40,510 nucleotides of DNA from Burkholderiales bacterium (GCA_038248575.1 JBBRXI010000001.1:1-40510); one strand, 5' to 3'. Shown: positions 8,322 through 18,459, numbered from the stretch's first letter. Translations and numbers: made by a program. The notes: generated from the letters alone by a model not told the origin.

Positions 8322-8354
8322 AAAAAAAACGGAGCGCATCTGCGCTCCGTTTTT
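8322..8354. terminator. Bidirectional intrinsic terminator between uvrB and rne
   Basis: AAAAAAAACGGAGCGCA-TC-TGCGCTCCGTTTTT: perfect stem with A/T tails on both sides. Confidence 0.88.
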
Positions 8355-8372
8355 GCTGGCGATCGGGTCGCC

Positions 8373-11087
8373 TTAGCGGTTGCTCGTTTCGACCATCACC
8401 AGCGGCTCGTCGGAGGCTGCCACGACGACCGGACGCTTGCGTCGCGGCCGGGGAGTTTCTTCTGCGACAGGGGATGACGCGGGCCACGCGCTGATTTTGT
8501 CCGAACTTGTCTCGACCATGACCAGACCACTCGCCTCGATGACTTTTTCAAGGGCAACGGCTGGCACAACCGCCTCGACTTTCGCAGTGTGCGGTTCGAC
8601 CACCTCGGGTTCGTCGATGTCGACGGCAATTGCCGTCGTAAACACTTCGGCATTATCCACTTCAGCTTCGTCAACAATGACGATTACCGGGGTTGCCACG
8701 GTTTCTTGCCGGGCTAGCGACGCCGGCTCGATAGCCGCAGTGACGACGGGCGGTACGACGATCGCTTCGCTAGCGGCCAGGGCCGGCGTCGAAGCGGTCT
8801 GTTCGACCGTTGTCGTGACCGCCGCAAATTCCGCGACCGCAACCGTTTCGACCGCTTCGCTTTCCGACGGTACTGGCGTTAACGCCACGGTATCGTCGCT
8901 CGCCACGGCTTGCGCGTCGTTGCCGCCAAGCTCGGCCTGATTTGAATTGGCGTTGCGTTCGCCGCGATCGCGACGTCCGCCACGACGACCCCGACGGCGC
9001 GCACCGCCGGCTTCGTCTGCGCCGCTCTCGACGCTCACGCCGTCGGCCGCAACGTTCGTTTCCAGCTCAGAGACGGCCGCGACGGCGACCGTCTCCTTGC
9101 GTTCCGGACGCGGTTCGCCACGTTGGCGACGCGGCTCGCGCGCTTCCTTGACTTCGCGCGGAAGCTGACCCTCTTCGCGTGCAGCCACTGGCGCCGGTCG
9201 CGGTTCACGAACCGGGTCACGGCCTTCGCGGCCGGCACGCGGCTCGCGGCCTTCGCGCTCTTCATCATTGCGCTTGCTGCGACCACCGCGCCGTCCGTCG
9301 CGCTGACCATCGCGTTGGCCGTCACGCGGTCCGCTGCTGCGCGATTTCTTTTCCGGCTTTGTTGCGGCGGGCACGGGTTCGGCATCCGCGCGGAACCACG
9401 ACAGGATTTTGGCGATAAAGCCGGTTTCCGGTTTTTCGGTGCCGACCGGCGATTTCTCGGGGACGTTAGGTGCCGGCTGAGCCGGCGTGATGCCCTTGAT
9501 CGCCGCTTCCTGACGCGGAATCCGCGCTTCGCTCGAAGACGACGCCTGCTTGCCGGTTTCTTCGCTCGTTGTATCGACCATTTTGTACGATGGCTGCTGT
9601 AATTCGTCGAGGTTCATTTCATCGTGGCGCAATCGCGTGATGCTGTGCTGCGGTGTTTCGAGCCGGATATTCGGGATCAACAGGATGTTGACCTTGTGCC
9701 GTAACTCGATGGCCTGGATATCTGGGCGCTTCTCATTGAGCAGGAAGGTCGCAACATCGACTGGCACTTGTGTGTGCACAGCGGCGGTGTTGTCCTTCAT
9801 CGCTTCTTCTTCGAGGATGCGCAGGATGTGCAAGGCGGCCGATTCGGCACTGCGGATATGTCCGGTTCCCGAACAGCGCGGGCAGGGGATGTAACTCGTT
9901 TCGGCAAGCGCCGGACGCAGCCGTTGTCGCGACAGTTCCATCAGCCCGAAGCGGCTGATTTTTCCTGTCTGCACGCGCGCGCGATCGAGGCGCAGGCCGT
10001 CGCGCAGGCGATTTTCGACTTCCCGCTGGTTGCGCTGACTTTCCATGTCGATGAAGTCAATGATGATCAGTCCGCCGAGGTCTCGCAAACGCAGCTGACG
10101 CGCGACTTCCTCGGCCGCTTCGAGATTCGTCTTGAACGCCGTTTCCTCAATATCGGCGCCCCGCGTCGAGCGACCCGAGTTGACATCAACCGAGACCAGC
10201 GCTTCGGTGTGGTCGATGACGATGGCGCCACCGGAAGGTAGGTTGACCTGGCGCGAGTACGCCGATTCGATCTGGTGTTCGATCTGGAAACGGGAAAAAA
10301 GCGGCACATCGTCGCGGTAACGCTTGATACGGCTCACCGTGCCCGGCATCACGTGCGCCATGAACTGGCTGGCCTGTTCATAGACGTCGTCGGTATCGAT
10401 CAGTATTTCGCCGATGTCCGGCTGGAAATAGTCGCGAATCGCGCGAATGACGAGGCTGCCCTCCTGATAGATCAGAAACGCGCCTTTTTGCTGATTGGCC
10501 GCGCCGTCAATGGCCTTCCACAACTGCATCAGGTAATTGAGGTCCCATTGCAGTTCTTCGGCGTTACGGCCAATGGCCGCCGTGCGGGCGATCAGGCTCA
10601 TACCCGGCGGGACTTCAAGTTGGTCCATGACGTCGCGCAACTCGGCGCGCTCGTCCCCCTCGACGCGACGCGATACGCCGCCGCCGCGCGGATTGTTGGG
10701 CATCAGAACGAGATAACGCCCGGCCAGACTGACGAAAGTCGTCAGCGCCGCGCCCTTGTTGCCGCGCTCGTCCTTGTCAACCTGAACGATGAGTTCCTGG
10801 CCTTCGCGCAAGGCTTCCCGGATCGTTGCGCGATTCGCTTCGACTCCTGGCTGGAAGAAAGCCCGGGAGACTTCCTTGAACGGCAGAAAACCGTGCCGTT
10901 CAGCGCCGTAATCGACAAACGCCGCTTCAAGACTGGGCTCGATGCGGGTAATCACGGCTTTATAGATATTGCTTTTTTTCTGTTCCTTGGCCGCCGATTC
11001 AATGTCGAGATCAACGAGTTTCTGACCATCGACTATGGCGACACGAAGTTCTTCGGCCTGTGTCGCGTTAAAAAGCATGCGTTTCAT
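8373..11087 (-). CDS. rne: Ribonuclease E
   Basis: MKRMLFNATQAEELRVAIVDGQKL, S1 domain, DVNSG, Zn-link CPRCSGTG, membrane-targeting helix GFIAKILSWF, and an Arg-rich then acidic disordered C-terminal scaffold. Confidence 0.99.
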   Translation of the reverse strand: MKRMLFNATQAEELRVAIVDGQKLVDLDIESAAKEQKKSNIYKAVITRIEPSLEAAFVDYGAERHGFLPFKEVSRAFFQPGVEANRATIREALREGQELIVQVDKDERGNKGAALTTFVSLAGRYLVLMPNNPRGGGVSRRVEGDERAELRDVMDQLEVPPGMSLIARTAAIGRNAEELQWDLNYLMQLWKAIDGAANQQKGAFLIYQEGSLVIRAIRDYFQPDIGEILIDTDDVYEQASQFMAHVMPGTVSRIKRYRDDVPLFSRFQIEHQIESAYSRQVNLPSGGAIVIDHTEALVSVDVNSGRSTRGADIEETAFKTNLEAAEEVARQLRLRDLGGLIIIDFIDMESQRNQREVENRLRDGLRLDRARVQTGKISRFGLMELSRQRLRPALAETSYIPCPRCSGTGHIRSAESAALHILRILEEEAMKDNTAAVHTQVPVDVATFLLNEKRPDIQAIELRHKVNILLIPNIRLETPQHSITRLRHDEMNLDELQQPSYKMVDTTSEETGKQASSSSEARIPRQEAAIKGITPAQPAPNVPEKSPVGTEKPETGFIAKILSWFRADAEPVPAATKPEKKSRSSGPRDGQRDGQRDGRRGGRSKRNDEEREGREPRAGREGRDPVREPRPAPVAAREEGQLPREVKEAREPRRQRGEPRPERKETVAVAAVSELETNVAADGVSVESGADEAGGARRRGRRGGRRDRGERNANSNQAELGGNDAQAVASDDTVALTPVPSESEAVETVAVAEFAAVTTTVEQTASTPALAASEAIVVPPVVTAAIEPASLARQETVATPVIVIVDEAEVDNAEVFTTAIAVDIDEPEVVEPHTAKVEAVVPAVALEKVIEASGLVMVETSSDKISAWPASSPVAEETPRPRRKRPVVVAASDEPLVMVETSNR
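9295..9330 (-). repeat. Three imperfect 12-bp tandem units encoding PRDGQRDGQRDG in the RNase E arginine-rich region
   Basis: Plus strand ccgtcgcgctga / ccatcgcgttgg / ccgtcacgcggt. Confidence 0.6.
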
Positions 11088-11467
11088 AATGGGCTCCCTC
11101 GCGCATTGACGGGGGGAGCGCCTCGTGCAGGCAGCGACTGATTAGTTGGGGGTGGTATGCTTCATGGGCTTTCCGGTACAGCAACTAATAAGAACAACTC
11201 GCCGAATTTATTTTTCTTCGCACCATGAAATATCAAGGTCCGGGGAATCTGCTTGGGGCGGTCCCAACGTGCTAGGCGCGTGCAAATCAAGTAGTATCGC
11301 TACTTTTGGTGAGCGTACTTAACCAGGTGATTTGCGCTGGTTGATCTTGCACAGGGTGGTGCAAGCGAGGCGGCTGATGCCTGCCGGAAAGTGCGTCGCA
11401 ATTACAAGAATCGGCGCCGCTCGACGGTCTCACGGGTCATCGCCTCTTTCAATCCGAGACGCAAAAC
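11088..11467 (-). promoter_or_regulatory. Long structured rne 5' UTR (putative autoregulatory leader)
   Basis: About 380 nt between the predicted promoter and the rne ATG; hairpins at 11092-11122 and 11346-11365. E. coli rne has an autoregulatory leader of similar length. Confidence 0.55.
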
Positions 11468-11473
11468 AAGTTT

Positions 11474-11502
11474 AGTATATTGAATATGGCCCAAGTTAGC
11501 AA
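11474..11502 (-). promoter_or_regulatory. Sigma70 promoter for rne, overlapping the start of rluC
   Basis: Minus strand TTGCTA (11502-11497)-17 nt-TATACT (11479-11474). Confidence 0.65.
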
Positions 11503-12475
11503 AACTTCTGTTTCACGGGCCACCATCAGCGAGGACGAGCAGGGTCAGCGTCTTGACAACTTTCTGCTAAAAATCTGCAAAGGTGTCCCCAAGAGCCACG
11601 TCTATCGCATCGTGCGCAGTGGTGAAATACGCGTCAACGACAAACGCGCTGCCGTGTCGTACCGCCTGCAGACCGGTGATACGCTGCGCATTCCGCCGAT
11701 CCGTATTGCGCAGCGACAGGAAGAAATCGTCGCCGGCGCCGAAATAAAGGTCGAATTGCCTATCGTCTATGAAGACGAGGCCATTCTCGTCGTCGATAAG
11801 CCGTCGGGAATCGCCGTGCATGGCGGGAGCGGCGTGAGTTTTGGTGTCATCGAAGCGCTGCGCCGGCAACGACCCGAGGCGCGCTTTCTCGAGCTCGCAC
11901 ACCGGCTCGACCGAGAAACGTCGGGCCTGCTATTGATCGGAAAGAAACGGTCGGCGCTGCTCGCGCTCCATGACATGTTCCGCCTAAGCGGCGCCGGCGG
12001 AGGCAAGGGTGCCGACAAACGCTATTTGCTGCTCGTCAAGGGGCGCTGGATGGATCCGGTTCGCAAGGTGAAGTTGCCTTTGCTCAAATATCTGCTCGAG
12101 TCGGGCGAGCGCCGCGTGCGCGTCGCCGACGAAGGGAAGGCGTCGCATACGGTTTTTCGCCTTATGGCGCGCTGGGAAAACTTCAGCCTGCTCGAAGCAG
12201 AACTCAAATCGGGTCGCACGCACCAAATCCGCGTGCACTGCGCGCACTTGGGTTACCCGATCGCCGGCGATGAAAAATATGGTGATTTTGCGCTCAACAA
12301 AGGCCTGCCCAAGGCCGGGTTAAAGCGCATGTTTCTGCACGCGTGGCAGATGCGCTTTGCGCATCCACTCAGCGCGCACGAGATGGCGCTCGAGGCGCCT
12401 TTGCCCGGCGTTCTGAAGATCTTTCTCGACAAAATTGCGGCCAAGGAAGCACAGGATTATGGTCAAAAGATTTGA
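11486..12475 (+). CDS. rluC: 23S rRNA pseudouridine synthase (RluC type, S4 domain)
   Basis: GQRLDNFL S4 domain, KPSGIAVHGGSG, catalytic HRLDRETSG, GRTHQIRVH; divergent from rne as usual. ATG 11486 (TTG 11480 also possible). Confidence 0.96.
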   Translation: MAQVSKTSVSRATISEDEQGQRLDNFLLKICKGVPKSHVYRIVRSGEIRVNDKRAAVSYRLQTGDTLRIPPIRIAQRQEEIVAGAEIKVELPIVYEDEAILVVDKPSGIAVHGGSGVSFGVIEALRRQRPEARFLELAHRLDRETSGLLLIGKKRSALLALHDMFRLSGAGGGKGADKRYLLLVKGRWMDPVRKVKLPLLKYLLESGERRVRVADEGKASHTVFRLMARWENFSLLEAELKSGRTHQIRVHCAHLGYPIAGDEKYGDFALNKGLPKAGLKRMFLHAWQMRFAHPLSAHEMALEAPLPGVLKIFLDKIAAKEAQDYGQKI

Positions 12476-13115
12476 CCTTATAGTTTTTGACTGGGACGGC
12501 ACGCTGCTCGACTCGACGGCGGCGATCGTCGAGGCGATTCAGGCGGCGTGTCGCGATCTGAAGTTGCCCATTCCCGCGGACGAGCAGGCTCGGCACGTGA
12601 TCGGCCTTGGCCTGGCCGATGCCTTGCGTTACTGCGCGCCGACGCTGGCAGAAGAGCATTCGGCACACATGGCCAAGCGCTACAAGGCTCATTATCTGGC
12701 GCGCGACCGCGAGTTGCGCCTTTTTGCCGGAGCCGAAGAACTCGTCGCCGAATTACATGCGGCGGGAATCATCCTCGCCGTCGCCACCGGAAAAAGCCGG
12801 CTCGGGCTCAATCGGGCGCTGGCGAGCAGCGGACTTGGCCGATTCTTTTCAGCGACGCGCTGTGCCGACGAATGTTTTTCCAAGCCGCATCCGCAAATGC
12901 TCGAAGAATTGATGGACGAGTTAGCGGTGGCGCCGGAGCGGACGCTGATGATCGGTGATACGACGCACGATTTGCAGATGGCGATCAATGCCGGCGTCGC
13001 CGGCCTCGCCGTCGCCTACGGCGCGCATCCGGCGAGCCAGCTCGACGCCTTGAATCCGGTCGCCCGCGTAGACGGCCTCAGCGCTCTGACCGAGTGGCTG
13101 CGCAGGCATACCTAA
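12459..13115 (+). CDS. HAD-IA family hydrolase (phosphoglycolate phosphatase-like)
   Basis: Motif I LIVFDWDGTL, VATGKS, SKPHP, MIGDTTHD. ATG at 12459 overlaps the end of rluC. Confidence 0.92.
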   Translation: MVKRFDLIVFDWDGTLLDSTAAIVEAIQAACRDLKLPIPADEQARHVIGLGLADALRYCAPTLAEEHSAHMAKRYKAHYLARDRELRLFAGAEELVAELHAAGIILAVATGKSRLGLNRALASSGLGRFFSATRCADECFSKPHPQMLEELMDELAVAPERTLMIGDTTHDLQMAINAGVAGLAVAYGAHPASQLDALNPVARVDGLSALTEWLRRHT

Positions 13116-13302
13116 TGCCCAAGCGTTGCATTCTGGTCGGTCTTCGCAGCGGATCGAACGTCAATTCGCGGTATACTTGACCGGCGCGACGCAACAGGCA
13201 ACCGATCTTCGCGGCGGAACGTTGCCCACGCCGCAAACCGACGAGCCGGAGCGGCTCCCGCGTGCCGGACACAAGCTGCTACACCCCAACTGAGTACATA
13301 TT

Positions 13303-14256
13303 GTGGAAAACGCTGAGAAAGACCCGCAATGGGAACGACAACTCCTCGAGAAAATCGCCTTCGCGTCGCTTAAGGAGCAAAAAGCGAAACGGCGCTGGGG
13401 TATTTTCTTCAAGCTTGCGGCCTTGTCGTACTTCGTTGCCGTGCTCGTTCTCGTCGTCGATTGGGGCGGCTCGGAAAAACTTGCCGACGGCAAGCATACG
13501 GCGCTGATCAATGTGCGCGGCAGCATCGAAGTGAGCGGGGACGCTAGCGCAGAAAAGATCAACGGCGCGTTGCAGTCGGCGTTCGAGGATAAAGGGACCG
13601 CGGGCATCATCATGCGCATCAACAGTCCGGGTGGCAGCCCGGTGCAATCGGGAATCGTCAATGACGAAATCCGCCGCCAGCGCGCGCGCCATCCGGACAT
13701 CCCGTTTTACGTCGTCGTCGAAGACATGTGCGCATCCGGCGGCTATTACATCGCTTCGGCCGCGGACAAGATTTTTGTCGACAAGGCGAGCATCATCGGT
13801 TCGATCGGCGTATTGATGGACGGTTTTGGTTTTACCGGGACGATGGACAAGCTCGGCGTCGAGCGCCGACTACTTACCGCCGGGCCCAACAAAGGTTTTC
13901 TCGATCCGTTCTCGCCGCAGGATGAGAAGCAGAAGGAACACGCGCAACTGTTACTCGGCGAAATCCACAAGCAATTTATCGATGTTGTTCGGGCAGGGCG
14001 CGGAAAACGCCTCAAGGAAAACGCCGAAATTTTTTCCGGATTGATGTGGACCGGCAGCCAGAGTATCGATTTGGGACTCGCCGACGAGTTCGGCACAGTC
14101 GATACCGTCGCACGCGACGTCATCAAGGCCGAAACAATTCTCGACTATTCGGTCAAGGAGAACATCGCCGAGCGTTTTGCCAAGCGCCTCGGTGCGGAAA
14201 TGGGCCAGAATCTGGTATTCCGTCTCTTTTCCAGCGAGCGCAGCGTACTGCGTTAA
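13303..14256 (+). CDS. sppA: S49 family peptidase (SppA-like signal peptide peptidase)
   Basis: N-terminal TM, RINSPGGS, catalytic CASGGYYIA, SIIGSIGV; GTG start. Confidence 0.9.
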   Translation: MENAEKDPQWERQLLEKIAFASLKEQKAKRRWGIFFKLAALSYFVAVLVLVVDWGGSEKLADGKHTALINVRGSIEVSGDASAEKINGALQSAFEDKGTAGIIMRINSPGGSPVQSGIVNDEIRRQRARHPDIPFYVVVEDMCASGGYYIASAADKIFVDKASIIGSIGVLMDGFGFTGTMDKLGVERRLLTAGPNKGFLDPFSPQDEKQKEHAQLLLGEIHKQFIDVVRAGRGKRLKENAEIFSGLMWTGSQSIDLGLADEFGTVDTVARDVIKAETILDYSVKENIAERFAKRLGAEMGQNLVFRLFSSERSVLR

Positions 14257-14276
14257 TGGTCGAGGGGACGCGGGTT

Positions 14277-14987
14277 TTACGCCTGCAGCAGGAAGACCGT
14301 CGGCCGGCGGTCGATGTCCGGCAATTCATGCCCACGCCATTCGCCTGGCGTACGAGTGACGATCGACTCGCCGGCGCAAGTGAGGTCTGTCGCCACGCAA
14401 ATTCTCGTCTCCGCCGCACAAACGGCGACTAGCGTTGCCAGCATCTGGCGGTTACGGTAGGGCGTTTCAATAAAAATCTGCGTCCTTTTTTCCCGCCGCG
14501 AGTCGGCCTCGAGTTCACGAAGCCGCCGCTGCCGTTGCTGATCCTTCGCCGGCAGGTAGCCATGGAATGCGAAGTTCTGTCCCGACAATCCCGAACCCAT
14601 TAAAGCGAGCAAAATCGCCGATGGACCGATCAACGGAACCACGCGCACGCCCGCAACGTGGGCCAGCGCGACCAGATCCGCACCGGGATCAGCGACTGCT
14701 GGACAGCCGGCCTCCGAGACCAGCCCGATGTCTATCCCGGCAAGCAGTGGCGCCAGCAAGGCCGGAAGTTCGCCGGGCGCGGTATGCTCGTTCAGTTCGT
14801 GGATGACAATTTGCTGCAAGGGTATGGCGCAGGGTAGGGATTTGAGGAAAACGCGGGCGGACTTGGCGTTCTCGGCAATGAAATGCGACAACCGCATTGC
14901 GCATTCACGAACCGGCGCCGGCAAAACCGACTCGATGGTCGTTGCACCGAGTGGCACCGGGATGAGGTAGAGGCAGCCTTTAGTCAT
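14277..14987 (-). CDS. SAM-dependent methyltransferase, tetrapyrrole methylase / RsmI-like family
   Basis: LYLIPVPLG, FIAENAKSAR, LVSEAGCPAVADPG, PLIGPSAI, FHGYLP, IFIETPYRN. Confidence 0.9.
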   Translation of the reverse strand: MTKGCLYLIPVPLGATTIESVLPAPVRECAMRLSHFIAENAKSARVFLKSLPCAIPLQQIVIHELNEHTAPGELPALLAPLLAGIDIGLVSEAGCPAVADPGADLVALAHVAGVRVVPLIGPSAILLALMGSGLSGQNFAFHGYLPAKDQQRQRRLRELEADSRREKRTQIFIETPYRNRQMLATLVAVCAAETRICVATDLTCAGESIVTRTPGEWRGHELPDIDRRPTVFLLQA

Positions 14988-15004
14988 AAAATACTTTAAA
15001 TACG

Positions 15005-15604
15005 TTATGCAACATCATGTTGAAAAACGTTTATTCCCTCTTTATCAAAAAGGTCGCACAGCGCTATCAGAGGCAAGCCGACCAATGCGTTCGGGTCCTC
15101 AGCTTCCATTTTTGCAATTATGGCGATGCCGAGCCCTTCCGACTTGGCGCTTCCCGCGCAGTTGTACGGTTGCTCGCGCCGCAAGTAACTCTCGATGTCG
15201 CTGTCGCTCAGGTCGCGGAAGGTGACGAACGTCGGTACTCCGCGTACGTGCGCTTGGCCCGTTCGCGCGTTGAGCAGGCACAGACCGGTATAAAAATTGA
15301 CCCGCCGACCGCGTAAGGTTTGCAACTGCGCGACAGCAGCGGCGTGCGATCCCGGTTTGCCATAGATCCGGCCGTCGGCAACGGCAACCTGGTCGCTGCC
15401 GATGATCAGGGCGTCCGGATAGTGCACTGCGACAGCGCGCGCCTTGGCTTCCGAGAGGCGCAGCGCGGTGTCTTCCGGGGTCTCGCCGGCAACAACCGTC
15501 TCATCGGTGGCGGGATCGGCGGTTTCAAAGGGCAGTCCGAGGCGGGCAAGGAGTTCCTTGCGAAACGGCGACGTCGAGGCAAGAACAATCTGTCTGGGTG
15601 GCAT
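15005..15604 (-). CDS. Maf family nucleotide pyrophosphatase (YceF-like)
   Basis: [41 protein letters not shown]; divergent from yceD as in E. coli. Alternative GTG start at 15625. Confidence 0.93.
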   Translation of the reverse strand: MPPRQIVLASTSPFRKELLARLGLPFETADPATDETVVAGETPEDTALRLSEAKARAVAVHYPDALIIGSDQVAVADGRIYGKPGSHAAAVAQLQTLRGRRVNFYTGLCLLNARTGQAHVRGVPTFVTFRDLSDSDIESYLRREQPYNCAGSAKSEGLGIAIIAKMEAEDPNALVGLPLIALCDLFDKEGINVFQHDVA

Positions 15605-15670
15605 AAGAGGCTGAGATGGGTGCACTTTTTGCGGCGCAATAAGAAAGGCCAGAGATCTGGCGCGCGGGCT

Positions 15671-15699
15671 TTGACTTCGAAAGCCAAAAATAATATCAT
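15671..15699 (+). promoter_or_regulatory. Sigma70 promoter for the yceD-rpmF-plsX-fab operon
   Basis: TTGACT-17 nt-TATCAT followed by GC-rich GCGCCCC. Confidence 0.75.
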
Positions 15700-15708
15700 G
15701 CGCCCCTT

Positions 15709-16203
15709 ATGTCGCAACGGATTGTTATAAACAGTCTGGCTTTTGCCCGGGACGCAGGCTCGCTGCACGGTGAACTGCCAATCGCTGACCTGACTCGTAT
15801 GCTCGATATGCTCGTCGATTCGACTGGGCATTTGAGTTACCGGATCGAAGGCCGGATGGGTCCGCGCAACAGGCCGCAGCTACTTTTGCAATTGGACGGT
15901 ACATTGTCCGTTTGTTGTCAGCGCTGCCTTGAGGGGATTGACTATCCAGTTGAAGTTCGCAGCATGCTTGAAATCATCACGGATGAAGACGAGTTGACGC
16001 AGGACGAAATCGAAGACGATTCGAAAGATTTTGTGCCGGCGCAAAGTGAGTTGGACGTTGTTGCGTTGATCGAAGACGAAATCATTCTCGATCTGCCTTC
16101 GGCGCCGCGTCATGACAGTTGTGTCTTGCCTGACACCGGGCAGGGGAGCGGAAAAATTTCGCCGTTCTCCGTGCTCCGGGGTTTTTCGGGTAAGGCAGAG
16201 TGA
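15709..16203 (+). CDS. yceD: YceD / DUF177 family protein
   Basis: CQRCL motif, LIEDEIILDLPSAPRH, terminal SPFSVL; directly upstream of rpmF. Confidence 0.92.
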   Translation: MSQRIVINSLAFARDAGSLHGELPIADLTRMLDMLVDSTGHLSYRIEGRMGPRNRPQLLLQLDGTLSVCCQRCLEGIDYPVEVRSMLEIITDEDELTQDEIEDDSKDFVPAQSELDVVALIEDEIILDLPSAPRHDSCVLPDTGQGSGKISPFSVLRGFSGKAE

Positions 16204-16224
16204 ATTTGATCTATGGAGTAATTT

Positions 16225-16404
16225 ATGGCCGTTCAACAGAACAAGAAGTCCCCGTCCAAGCGCGGCATGCATCGTGCGCATGATTTTTTGCCTAATCCGC
16301 CGCTGGCTGTCGAGCCGACAACCGGTGAAGTTCATCTGCGCCACCATGTGAGTCCGTCGGGCTACTATCGTGGCAAGAAGGTAGCCAAGGGCGCCGGCGA
16401 ATAA
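16225..16404 (+). CDS. rpmF: 50S ribosomal protein L32 (cysteine-free type); not in the ORF track
   Basis: [59 protein letters not shown] (59 aa) with GGAG upstream. Confidence 0.98.
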   Translation: MAVQQNKKSPSKRGMHRAHDFLPNPPLAVEPTTGEVHLRHHVSPSGYYRGKKVAKGAGE

Positions 16405-16418
16405 GGCTTCAAGAATCC

Positions 16419-16463
16419 GGGCAGGTCGATTCCCCTTATCGGGAATGCCTGCCCTTTCTTTTG
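16419..16463 (+). terminator. Terminator-like hairpin between rpmF and plsX
   Basis: GGGCAGG..ATTCCC-loop-GGGAAT..CCTGCCC followed by TTTCTTTT. Confidence 0.65.
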
Positions 16464-16474
16464 CCTTTTAAACA

Positions 16475-17488
16475 ATGCTTATTACTGTTGCCATCGACTG
16501 CATGGGCGGCGACCACGGCCCGTCGGTCACCGTGCCGGCCGCGCTGTCCTTCGTGCGCAAACACGACGACGCGCGTGTCGTCCTCGTCGGTCGCGAGGAG
16601 CTCATTCGTCCCTTGCTTGGCCCTCGCGACCATGCGCGCGTTTCGATACTCCATGCCAGCGAAGTCGTCGAAATGCACGAGGCGCCGGCTCTGGCAATTC
16701 GCAACAAGAAGCAGTCGTCCATGCGTCTGGCCGTCGACCTGGTCAAACGCGGCGAAGCGGATGCCTGCGTCTCGGCGGGAAATACCGGGGCCCTGATGGC
16801 GATTTCGCGCTTCGTTCTCAAAATGCTGCCAGGCATCGACCGCCCGGCGATTTGCGCCGTTTTCCCGACGTTCGTGGGGCACGTCCATGTCCTCGATCTG
16901 GGCGCCAACGTCGATTGCACACCCGAGCACCTGCTTCAGTTCGCTATCATGGGCACATCGCTAGTCGCCGCCATCGAGCACAAGGATCGGCCCAGCGTCG
17001 GCATTCTCAATATTGGCGCCGAGGACATCAAGGGCAACGACGTTGTCAAGCGCGCGACAGAGCTGCTCAGGGACTCGGGGCTCAATTTTGTCGGCAATGT
17101 CGAGGGCGATGGCATCTACAAGGGCGGCGCCGAAGTCGTTGTCTGCGACGGCTTTGTCGGTAACGTCGCAGTCAAGGCGTCCGAAGGGCTGGCGCAAATG
17201 ATGGCGACTTTCTTGCGACAGGAATTTAACCGTAATGTGTTCACCAAGCTTGTTGCGCTGATTTCGCTGCCGGTCTTGAAGCACTTCAAGCAACGGGTTG
17301 ACCATCGCCGCTATAACGGCGCGAGCTTGCTGGGACTCAAGGGCATCGTCGTAAAGAGCCACGGTTCGGCCGACGCGTTTTCGTTCGGCAACGCTATCGA
17401 GCGCACCGGCGAGCTCGTGCGCAGTGGCGTTCTCGCGCGCATCTGCGAACGGGTAGCCCAGCAACAACCGATTCAGGAGACCGTATAA
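16475..17488 (+). CDS. plsX: Phosphate acyltransferase PlsX
   Basis: [46 protein letters not shown]. Confidence 0.97.
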   Translation: MLITVAIDCMGGDHGPSVTVPAALSFVRKHDDARVVLVGREELIRPLLGPRDHARVSILHASEVVEMHEAPALAIRNKKQSSMRLAVDLVKRGEADACVSAGNTGALMAISRFVLKMLPGIDRPAICAVFPTFVGHVHVLDLGANVDCTPEHLLQFAIMGTSLVAAIEHKDRPSVGILNIGAEDIKGNDVVKRATELLRDSGLNFVGNVEGDGIYKGGAEVVVCDGFVGNVAVKASEGLAQMMATFLRQEFNRNVFTKLVALISLPVLKHFKQRVDHRRYNGASLLGLKGIVVKSHGSADAFSFGNAIERTGELVRSGVLARICERVAQQQPIQETV

Positions 17489-18448
17489 ATGTTCGCTCGC
17501 ATCTCAGCCGTTGGCAGCTATCTGCCGGGACAGCCGGTCAGCAACGAAGACCTTGTACAACGCGGTGTCGACACCAGCGACGAGTGGGTCGTCAGCCGCA
17601 CCGGTATCAGGACGCGCCATCTTGCCGAAGCCGGATGCACGGCGAGTGACCTGGCGCTCGAGGCGAGCCGGCGGGCTCTTGCCTCGGCGGGAATGGACGC
17701 CAGCGAGCTCGATCTCATCATCGTCGCAACGTCGACACCCGACTTCATTTTTCCGAGTACCGCGTGCCTGCTGCAGGCCAAACTCGGCAATCGTGGTGCC
17801 ATGGCTTTCGACGTTCAGGCGGTATGCAGCGGTTTTGTCTATGCGCTGAGCGTCGCCGAAAAGTTCATTCGTTCGGGCAGTCACAAGAAAGCCCTCGTCG
17901 TCGGCGCCGAAGTTTTTTCGCGCATCCTCGACTGGAGTGATCGCACGACCTGCGTTCTGTTCGGTGACGGCGCCGGCGCGGTAGTACTCGAAGCGAGCGA
18001 AAAGCCCGGGATACTGGCCAGCGCCGCGTACGCCGATGGTTCGCATAACGACATTCTTTCGGTGCCGGGTGCCGTCTGCGCCGGCAAGATCACTGGTGAC
18101 CCTTTTCTGCGCATGGACGGGCCAGCCGTGTTTAAGGTCGCCGTCCGCGTGCTCGCCGAAGTGTCGACCGAATGCTGCAAAATGGCCGGCGTTCCAGCGA
18201 CGGAAGTTGACTGGGTGATTCCACATCAGGCCAACATCCGCATTATTGAATCGACGGCTAAGAAGCTCGGGCTTGGCCTCGACAAGATGATCGTCACTGT
18301 GGATCGCCACGGCAATACGTCGGCAGCGTCGATTCCGCTGGCGCTCGACGCGGCAGTGCGCGATGGGCGCGTCAAGCCCGGTCAAAAGATCATCCTTACT
18401 GCGGTCGGCGGTGGCTTCACCTGGGGCGCTGTACTGCTCGAGTTCTAA
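17489..18448 (+). CDS. fabH: 3-oxoacyl-ACP synthase III
   Basis: DTSDEW..SRTGI, catalytic [34 protein letters not shown]. Confidence 0.98.
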   Translation: MFARISAVGSYLPGQPVSNEDLVQRGVDTSDEWVVSRTGIRTRHLAEAGCTASDLALEASRRALASAGMDASELDLIIVATSTPDFIFPSTACLLQAKLGNRGAMAFDVQAVCSGFVYALSVAEKFIRSGSHKKALVVGAEVFSRILDWSDRTTCVLFGDGAGAVVLEASEKPGILASAAYADGSHNDILSVPGAVCAGKITGDPFLRMDGPAVFKVAVRVLAEVSTECCKMAGVPATEVDWVIPHQANIRIIESTAKKLGLGLDKMIVTVDRHGNTSAASIPLALDAAVRDGRVKPGQKIILTAVGGGFTWGAVLLEF

Positions 18449-18459
18449 GGGGGTATTCC

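Noticed and set aside
8940-9345. Repetitive GC-rich tract as a CRISPR array or mobile repeat
   Set aside because: The units are short, in-frame and imperfect; they encode the Arg/Glu-rich disordered region of RNase E.
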